The translations under genes were made by a program, and so were the position numbers. Positions 14,260 through 20,222 of a DNA stretch of 20,222 nt are shown in pieces (position 1 is the first letter of the stretch; the number at the start of each line of letters is the position of its first letter). This DNA comes from a candidate division FCPU426 bacterium. Its GTDB lineage: Bacteria > Oederibacteriota > Muellerivitia > Muellerivitales > Muellerivitaceae. The notes under the pieces are model-generated. The model worked only from the letters and a program-made list of their open reading frames with translations. It was not told the DNA's origin and searched no databases. Location: assembly GCA_963738405.1 (NCBI GenBank), contig CAVTWJ010000015.1:1-20222 (forward strand), read 5' to 3'.

Positions 14260-15579
14260 TTATTTTTGGGAGTATAGAAGCGGATTGGGTGTTAGGACGC
14301 ACTCGGTTGCAATGCGAAGATTCTTTATTTTCCTCGTGTGCCTCAGCTCGTAAAGACGGGGAACAACCATATCACGTAGAGCAACCGGGGATATGGGGTT
14401 GATATAGATTTTGGTTCCGCCCTCAAAACCCGCTTGATTGACGGTTCTCCATTTGATCAGTATGTGCCAAGGCATCACATCCACCGCGTCCCTGGGTGAG
14501 TAATACCATTCCTCATTGCATGGGATTTGGCTTCCCATGGCGGCATGGCAGGCATGGACCAAATCGGAGAATCCTCTCAACTCCTCTTGGGTATGGTCTT
14601 CGGGTCTGGCATTTTTGCTTTTGGAATAGACCGCCAGTGTGGGATAACGGTGGCCCAATTCGGCTAAGGCGATGGCATGGTCGTTTTCAGCGAAAATGAG
14701 ATTATGCTGGATTGAAAAATTAATGATGGCTTCGTTATAGATGTTTGGGCGTTCATGGGCGATTTCGACCTCGGCTTGAATGGAGGTGCCCCATTCGTCC
14801 AAACCCACTAATTGTTTATGAAGATGGTCGAGTGAGGCGCCGGCGGGTTGCAGCCAATTTTGAAAAATGGTTACGTAACGGATATGCGGATTATGTTGGT
14901 AGATGTCCATCAATGCTTCAATTGTAAATTTCATGAACCGAAAATGCTCTTCGTCTGACATTTCACCGGAGGAATAGAATTCGTTATCAACGGTAGCCCC
15001 AGGCTTGAAATGACGGCCCGCAATGATGAGTTCGTGGGCACCTCCAAAAAAAGAAGCGGATAATCTCCTCATTTCTTCTGGCGGAATGGATTCGATTTCC
15101 TCGGGCGTTTTTCCCACCAACCGGAGTTTCGTTTGAATGATTTTCAAGACGTGTTCCCACCCTCTGGGATTATCCAAATAGTTTTGCATCCAATGGGATT
15201 GGGAACTCGATAGGTTGAAGCCGTGATTCTTAACCCAATAATCGATGGTTACGATTTCAAAAAGGTTAGCTACCCTGCGGAAAATTGACTTTGTGGAGTC
15301 AATCATGTCGGGATTGACCTTATCGAGCCTCTGGAAATGCCCATCCCAATTTTGGATTAAACGTGATTTTTCTGGCGGGGTTAAAAAATAATTGGAGGAA
15401 CAAAAGTCGCAGTAATTTTCCTTGGAAAGCGGCTCAATGGATTTAGGGGGGGGGGAGGACCGATTCGAGGGTCGGTGAGCCCGGTCGGGCACAGTCCAAA
15501 CCTCCGTGCCGGTAAGGGGATTGATGTGTTTTAAGGTTCCATCCGGCATGGATAGGTAAAGATTTTCAAACTTTCTCAT
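14260..15579 (-). CDS. DUF4921-family protein (GalT/HIT-like nucleotidyltransferase fold)
   Basis: 'MPDGTLKHINPLTGTEVWTVP.R.HRP', Zn-like 'CDFC', 'TPPEK.R', 'NLFEIV', 'FQNWL.PAGASLDHLHKQL' (GalT-like HxHxQ), 'AGFEGGTKIYIN'. Confidence 0.85.
   Translation of the reverse strand: MRKFENLYLSMPDGTLKHINPLTGTEVWTVPDRAHRPSNRSSPPPKSIEPLSKENYCDFCSSNYFLTPPEKSRLIQNWDGHFQRLDKVNPDMIDSTKSIFRRVANLFEIVTIDYWVKNHGFNLSSSQSHWMQNYLDNPRGWEHVLKIIQTKLRLVGKTPEEIESIPPEEMRRLSASFFGGAHELIIAGRHFKPGATVDNEFYSSGEMSDEEHFRFMKFTIEALMDIYQHNPHIRYVTIFQNWLQPAGASLDHLHKQLVGLDEWGTSIQAEVEIAHERPNIYNEAIINFSIQHNLIFAENDHAIALAELGHRYPTLAVYSKSKNARPEDHTQEELRGFSDLVHACHAAMGSQIPCNEEWYYSPRDAVDVMPWHILIKWRTVNQAGFEGGTKIYINPISPVALRDMVVPRLYELRHTRKIKNLRIATECVLTPNPLLYSQK
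15446..15455. repeat. G10 homopolymer (C10 on the coding strand) near the 5' end of the DUF4921 gene
   Basis: atttaGGGGGGGGGGaggac; encodes S-P-P-P in the minus-strand frame. Confidence 0.9.
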
Positions 15580-15720
15580 CTAACCTTCTTGGGGTCATTT
15601 GGTGGGTGGAAAATGTTATATTGAATTGTAAATTAATGAAGAACTTGAAGCAATGCGACAGATTAGAAATAGGGACAATTTTATTCCGGTTTGAAGAAAC
15701 GCCGATTCGGGGGTCTCAGG

Positions 15721-16491
15721 GTGAAATTTCTTTGTCTTTCAGATTATCAGGGAGCGACCAAATACCTCCCGCTCATACCACTTTTAGTTCGAAATGAAGA
15801 ACCGGATTTTATTTTCTATTGCGGTGGCTCCATGCGCGGGGAGAAACGCTTGTCGGAATATACGACCGCCCGACGGTTTCACAGCAAGCCTGACCTTGAT
15901 TCTCCTATTATTCAAAAGGAACTGCTGGAGGATAGCATCCACCTTCAACAATTCCTTTTGGCGTTAGCGGACACTCAAAAAACGGTTTATGAAATACCCG
16001 GTTTGGAGGATGCCCCTGAATCACTTTATTTTAAAACCATTTACAACCTCTCAAGCATCTATCCTAATCTGCAACCGGCACACGAAATGCTGCATCATGA
16101 GGAGAATTTTTTGGTGACCGGTTTTGGCGGGGAAATCACCTTGGGTGAGGATCACCGGGAACTGACGCTTCAATTTTCAAAATCGTGGGCGGAATTTTCA
16201 CTTCGCCGGCTGCAATATTTTCCCGGCGAAAAGATTTTAATTTTTCACACCCCGCCGGTAAGCCGCTTGGATTTATCCGATGGCGAACATTGCGGGATTT
16301 TGCTGGTGAATGAAATTATTGAATTGGTATCTCCGGGTTTGGTTTTGTGTGGAAGGGCCAAATCCGGTCAAGGTGTCGTTAAAATGGGCGGCACGACGGT
16401 TGTGAATCCCGGGCCCCTTTTTGAGGGAAATTACGCCATGATCGATTACCCTTCCAAAGAAATACGATTTGGCAATTTGAACGATTTTTAG
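15721..16491 (+). CDS. Calcineurin-like metallophosphoesterase-fold protein (TT1561/aq_1956-like, Metallophos_3 type) with degenerate metal ligands
   Basis: 'KFLCLSD', 'PDFIFYCG', 'IPGLEDAP', 'YPNL..AHE', 'VTGFGGEI', 'IFHTPP', 'H.G...VN.II....P', 'VVNPG.L.EG.YA'. GTG 15721 is preferred over TTG 15691. Confidence 0.8.
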   Translation: MKFLCLSDYQGATKYLPLIPLLVRNEEPDFIFYCGGSMRGEKRLSEYTTARRFHSKPDLDSPIIQKELLEDSIHLQQFLLALADTQKTVYEIPGLEDAPESLYFKTIYNLSSIYPNLQPAHEMLHHEENFLVTGFGGEITLGEDHRELTLQFSKSWAEFSLRRLQYFPGEKILIFHTPPVSRLDLSDGEHCGILLVNEIIELVSPGLVLCGRAKSGQGVVKMGGTTVVNPGPLFEGNYAMIDYPSKEIRFGNLNDF

Positions 16492-16512
16492 CTTTTATTC
16501 ATAAGGACTCCT

Positions 16513-17487
16513 TTGCCGCCAGTATTGGAGATTAAAAACTTAAAAGTCGGACTCTTTGACAAGGCGGGGAAGATTCACGGCCTCATTCTCCGAGGCTTTG
16601 ACCTTCACTTGAATGTAGGTGAAAAAGTTGCGTTGGTCGGCGAATCGGGATGCGGAAAGAGCATTTCCGCCCTGGCCGTAATAAACCTTTTCCCCTCGGA
16701 TAAAATAAAAACGATCGATGGGTCCATTTTACTTAACGAGAAAAACCTGGTTGATCTTGACCCGAACGCATGGGGCGGGATCAGAGGAAAAGAAATTTCA
16801 ATTATCTTTCAGGACCCGATGGCAGCCTTGAATCCGATTATGACGGTCGGCGAACAAGTGATGGAATCCATAAGGGCGAATCGAAAGAATATGTCTGCAG
16901 CTGATTCTTTTTTGGAGGTTATGCGATTATTTAGGGAGATGGGACTGCCGGACGGGGAACGGATATTCAAGCAATTTCCTCATCAACTCTCCGGAGGAAT
17001 GTGTCAACGCATCTGCATCGCGATGGCCCTCGCATCTTCGCCCAAACTTTTAATTGCGGATGAACCGACCACGGCATTAGACGTCACGGTCCAAAGCCAG
17101 ATTATTCAACTTTTGTCCAAAGAAATATCTAACTTGAAGTTTCCTTTGTTGTTTATCACTCATAATGTAAGGCTCGTGGATGGTTTTTGCGAAAGGGTGG
17201 CGGTTGTTTACGGTGGGCAGGTGGTGGAAGAGGGGAAGACTTCGGATGTTTTATCAAGTCCTAAACATCCGTACACGGAACAGCTTTTAAGCTCGGTTCC
17301 AAAAATTGGAGAAAAGAAGAAAAATTTAAACATTTTGACCGGTAAAGTTCCGGACCCATCTGATGACATTACGGGATGCGTTTTCGCCTTTCGCTGTACT
17401 AGGTCGAAACCGGATTGTTTCTTGAACCCGCCCTTATTGTTAAAAACCCAAGAAGAGAGAAGGGTGCGTTGCTTTTATCCATTGTAA
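16513..17487 (+). CDS. oppD: Oligopeptide/dipeptide ABC transporter ATP-binding subunit
   Basis: Walker A GESGCGKS, 'IFQDPMAALNP', 'FPHQLSGGMCQR', 'IADEPTTALDVTVQ', 'ITHN', 'HPYT', C-terminal Cys cluster 'GC.FA.RC.....C.......VRC'. Confidence 0.92.
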   Translation: MPPVLEIKNLKVGLFDKAGKIHGLILRGFDLHLNVGEKVALVGESGCGKSISALAVINLFPSDKIKTIDGSILLNEKNLVDLDPNAWGGIRGKEISIIFQDPMAALNPIMTVGEQVMESIRANRKNMSAADSFLEVMRLFREMGLPDGERIFKQFPHQLSGGMCQRICIAMALASSPKLLIADEPTTALDVTVQSQIIQLLSKEISNLKFPLLFITHNVRLVDGFCERVAVVYGGQVVEEGKTSDVLSSPKHPYTEQLLSSVPKIGEKKKNLNILTGKVPDPSDDITGCVFAFRCTRSKPDCFLNPPLLLKTQEERRVRCFYPL

Positions 17488-18413
17488 ATGTAAGCCATCA
17501 ATTCCCAGGTCGAAGAACATTTTGGGGCAGGCCCGATTCCTATGTTCAGGCCCTGTCAGGCGTGTCGGTAAACTTGGATCACGGAGAGATACTAGGTATT
17601 GTGGGTGAATCGGGATGCGGAAAAACAACCCTTGGACGATGCGCTGTAGGCTTGATTCGGCCTTTGCTGGGCGAGGTGAATTGGGGAGGAAATGAAGTTA
17701 ATTCGATGGGCGAGAAAGCTCCTCAATACCTTCGTTCAAAGTTCCAAATGGTGTTTCAAAATCCTTACGCTTCGTTGAATCCACGGCAAAAAGTATTTTC
17801 GATGATTCGAGAAGCACTCGCTCAGAGAGACTCCGCGAATCAAGCCCGCGGGAGGGATGAGAGAATTAAAACCTTAATCGAAAAAGTTGGCTTGTCACTT
17901 TCTGACTTGCAAAAATATCCCCATCAATTTTCCGGCGGACAGAGACAAAGACTTGCATTAACCCGTGTTTTGGCCTTGGAGCCAAAACTCATCGTTTTGG
18001 ATGAGGCTCTTTCAAGTTTGGATGTGTCGATACAAGCTTCGATTATCAACCTTTTGCGCAAAATTAACGAAGACGTTGGAATTGGCTATATGTTCATTTC
18101 TCATGATTTGCAAGTTGTTGGAATTTTAAGTCACAGGGTAGTCGTAATGTATTTGGGGAAAATTGTGGAGTCGGGTCCAACGGAGAATGTTCTTTCCCGC
18201 CCGCTGCATCCTTACACACAAATTTTACTTTCTGCGAGTAGTGGGAAGGCAACCGTGATCACGGGAGATCCGCCGAGTCCAACCCAATTACCCAAGGGTT
18301 GTCCATTCAGTCCCCGGTGTCCAATTGCCGAAAAAAGGTGTACTGAAGAAAATCAAGCTTTGAAAGAGTTGGGACCCAACTGGAAAGTAGCGTGTTGGAA
18401 GGTCCTAAATTGA
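17469..18413 (+). CDS. oppF: Oligopeptide/dipeptide ABC transporter ATP-binding subunit
   Basis: Walker A GESGCGKT, 'FQNPYASLNPR', 'YPHQFSGGQRQR', 'LDE..SSLDVSIQA', 'ISHDL', 'MYLG', 'HPYT', 'GCPFSPRCP...C...VACW'. Likely TTG start at 17469, overlapping the end of oppD. Confidence 0.92.
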   Translation: MLLSIVNVSHQFPGRRTFWGRPDSYVQALSGVSVNLDHGEILGIVGESGCGKTTLGRCAVGLIRPLLGEVNWGGNEVNSMGEKAPQYLRSKFQMVFQNPYASLNPRQKVFSMIREALAQRDSANQARGRDERIKTLIEKVGLSLSDLQKYPHQFSGGQRQRLALTRVLALEPKLIVLDEALSSLDVSIQASIINLLRKINEDVGIGYMFISHDLQVVGILSHRVVVMYLGKIVESGPTENVLSRPLHPYTQILLSASSGKATVITGDPPSPTQLPKGCPFSPRCPIAEKRCTEENQALKELGPNWKVACWKVLN

Positions 18414-18545
18414 GGGAATCTGCCTAAAAGTGGATTAAAAAAGAAAATAGTAGTAAACTGATAATGAATCTCAATTAGACCTGCCCGTCGAAAACCTTTT
18501 ATTCCTGATTAAAATTAACCTAATTACTTCTTTTGGGGAGTTAGC

Positions 18546-20042
18546 ATGAAAACTTTTATAGTAAATCCACCAACCTGCAGTGGGATGAAATATATCCGCG
18601 AGGGGCGGTGTGAGCAACGGTTGAATTCTTTCCAATACGTCATGGTTCCAATATCGCTTCCAATGATCGCTGGTGCATTGGAAGCAAAAAAACATGAGGT
18701 GAAGCTTTTGGATTGCATCGCCAATGACGTGAATGTGGAGGGATTAAAAAAGTCTATACAGGAATTTAACCCGGGATTGATTATTTTCAACATGTCGACG
18801 GCGACATCATCCAGCGATGTTGAAGTCATCAATCTGATGAGGCCTTTATCCAAGGCCCATTTTTCTGTTATCGGAAACCATGCAACATCTTTACCTGAAG
18901 AAGTCCTTTTGGCTTCGGAACTGGATTCGGTTATTCGCCGGGAACCTGAATTGACGGCGCAAGACCTAGTGGATGCTGTTGAGAAGGGGAGGGGCCTGGG
19001 AGAAGTTCTGGGAATCTCTTTTAAAGACAAAGACGGGACGGTGGTAAACAATGAGGATCGGCCGTTCAATGAAAATTTAGATGATTTGCCTTTTGCTGCC
19101 AGGCATCTTTTGGATAACGCTCGATACACCCTGCCGGTGATCAATGAACCCTATACTCTAATCATTACAAGCCGCGGATGCCCATATTCCTGCATTTACT
19201 GTACCGCCCATCAGTATTACGGAAAAAAACTCAGGCTCCGGAGTGCTGAAAACGTTGTTGATGAAATGCAGGAATGTTTAGAAAAATATCATATTCGCAA
19301 TTTTACGATGTGGTCGGATACCTTCAATCAAAACAAAAAGTTTGTTATGGAAGTTTGTTCGGAGATAAAAAAACGTGGATTGGACCAAAAAATCCGTTGG
19401 ATGGCAAATAGTAGAGTTGATCATGTTGATTCGGAAGTTTTGTCCGAAATGAAATCTTCTGGATGTATCGGAGTTTCTTATGGGGTGGAGTCGGGAGTTG
19501 ATGAGATTTTAAACAACATGAAAAAGGGAGCTGATGCCCAGCAGGCAAGGGATGCTGTGCGTTTAACTAAACTGGCTGGGATTGAGGTGTTAACTCACAT
19601 CATTTTTGGTTTGCCGGGGGAAACCCCAGAAACGATTGCCCAAACGATTAAATATGTAAAAGAAATGGATCCTGATTACGCCCAGTTTTATTGCGCGATT
19701 CCTTTCCCTAAAACAGAATTGGAAGAGATGGGCAAAAAAAATGGATGGATCACGACGGAAGATTATGCCAAATACGAGCTTAACCAACCCATATTGAATT
19801 TGCCTACCCTATCTTCGGAACAGCTTCAAAAGGCAAGAATCAGAGCCTATCGGGAGTTTTATCTTCGGCCATCTTATATTTATAAAAGATTGAAAAAAAT
19901 CCATAGCTGGAATGATCTAAAAAAGACCATTTATCAGGCTAAGGATTTTATTGGGAGTTGGATATCCGACGATTCCACAGAAAAAACTCCAATTTACAAG
20001 CCTTCAAAATTGTCGATGGCCACAGCCGAATACTTAAAATAA
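18546..20042 (+). CDS. B12-binding domain radical SAM protein (class B; BchE/HpnJ-like superfamily)
   Basis: N-terminal cobalamin-binding-like domain ('IREGRCEQ', 'P.SL..IA..L', 'GNHAT.LPEE', 'REPE'); 'TSRGCPYSCIYC' (CxxxCxxC); 'RSAENVVDE', 'GVESG', 'IFGLPGET', 'IPFPKT'. GGGGAG RBS. Confidence 0.92.
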   Translation: MKTFIVNPPTCSGMKYIREGRCEQRLNSFQYVMVPISLPMIAGALEAKKHEVKLLDCIANDVNVEGLKKSIQEFNPGLIIFNMSTATSSSDVEVINLMRPLSKAHFSVIGNHATSLPEEVLLASELDSVIRREPELTAQDLVDAVEKGRGLGEVLGISFKDKDGTVVNNEDRPFNENLDDLPFAARHLLDNARYTLPVINEPYTLIITSRGCPYSCIYCTAHQYYGKKLRLRSAENVVDEMQECLEKYHIRNFTMWSDTFNQNKKFVMEVCSEIKKRGLDQKIRWMANSRVDHVDSEVLSEMKSSGCIGVSYGVESGVDEILNNMKKGADAQQARDAVRLTKLAGIEVLTHIIFGLPGETPETIAQTIKYVKEMDPDYAQFYCAIPFPKTELEEMGKKNGWITTEDYAKYELNQPILNLPTLSSEQLQKARIRAYREFYLRPSYIYKRLKKIHSWNDLKKTIYQAKDFIGSWISDDSTEKTPIYKPSKLSMATAEYLK

Positions 20043-20055
20043 ACTCAAATAATAG

Positions 20056-20084
20056 TTGACGATAAGGTCTCTTTTTTGTATAAC
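20056..20084 (+). promoter_or_regulatory. Near-consensus sigma70 promoter for a transcript beyond the radical SAM gene
   Basis: TTGACG (20056-20061)-17 bp-TATAAC (20079-20084). Confidence 0.75.
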
Positions 20085-20222
20085 AAACCTCCCGGCCACT
20101 ATGGCTTGTGGCCCCCCTCTCCCTTGGTGAGTGGTGAAGTTGTTCTTTTAAATACGATACCCACACAATCGAATATTAAGTTTTTCGATTGCGGTGCTTA
20201 CTGCACCGGTGAATATTGCTGT

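Noticed and set aside
17415..17468. oppF start at 17415
   Set aside because: It gives a long overlap with oppD; TTG 17469, after a purine-rich stretch, gives the usual 'LLSI.N(V/L)' start.
18524..19144. 206-aa minus-strand ORF
   Set aside because: It is almost entirely antisense to the well-supported radical SAM gene and has no recognisable motifs.

Overview
Bacterial chromosomal window containing about 15 CDS and one tRNA. I saw no integrase, transposase or CRISPR array. Left to right: the 3' end of fmt, overlapping an rsmB gene that carries a ~245-aa Pro/Gly/Ser/Lys/Arg low-complexity N-terminal extension; a signal-peptide-bearing N-acyl-D-amino-acid deacylase-like amidohydrolase; and a large secreted Thr/Pro-repeat protein with two Cys-bracketed repeated domains and a T9SS-type C-terminal domain. 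Next is the most notable locus, a divergent three-gene cluster that looks like a complete bacterial ceramide (sphingolipid) pathway: serine palmitoyltransferase-like plus GNAT ceramide synthase-like on the minus strand, and an extended-SDR ceramide reductase-like gene on the plus strand, with a palindromic promoter region between them. After it come a secreted hypothetical protein, tRNA-Leu(GAG) with a perfect sigma70 promoter, a GT-C-like membrane glycosyltransferase, a 'signal peptide + sorting domain only' small protein, a DUF4921/GalT-like protein with a C10 tract, a degenerate metallophosphoesterase, an orphan OppD/OppF ATPase pair and a B12-binding radical SAM enzyme. All family calls come from motif recognition by eye, not from database searches.
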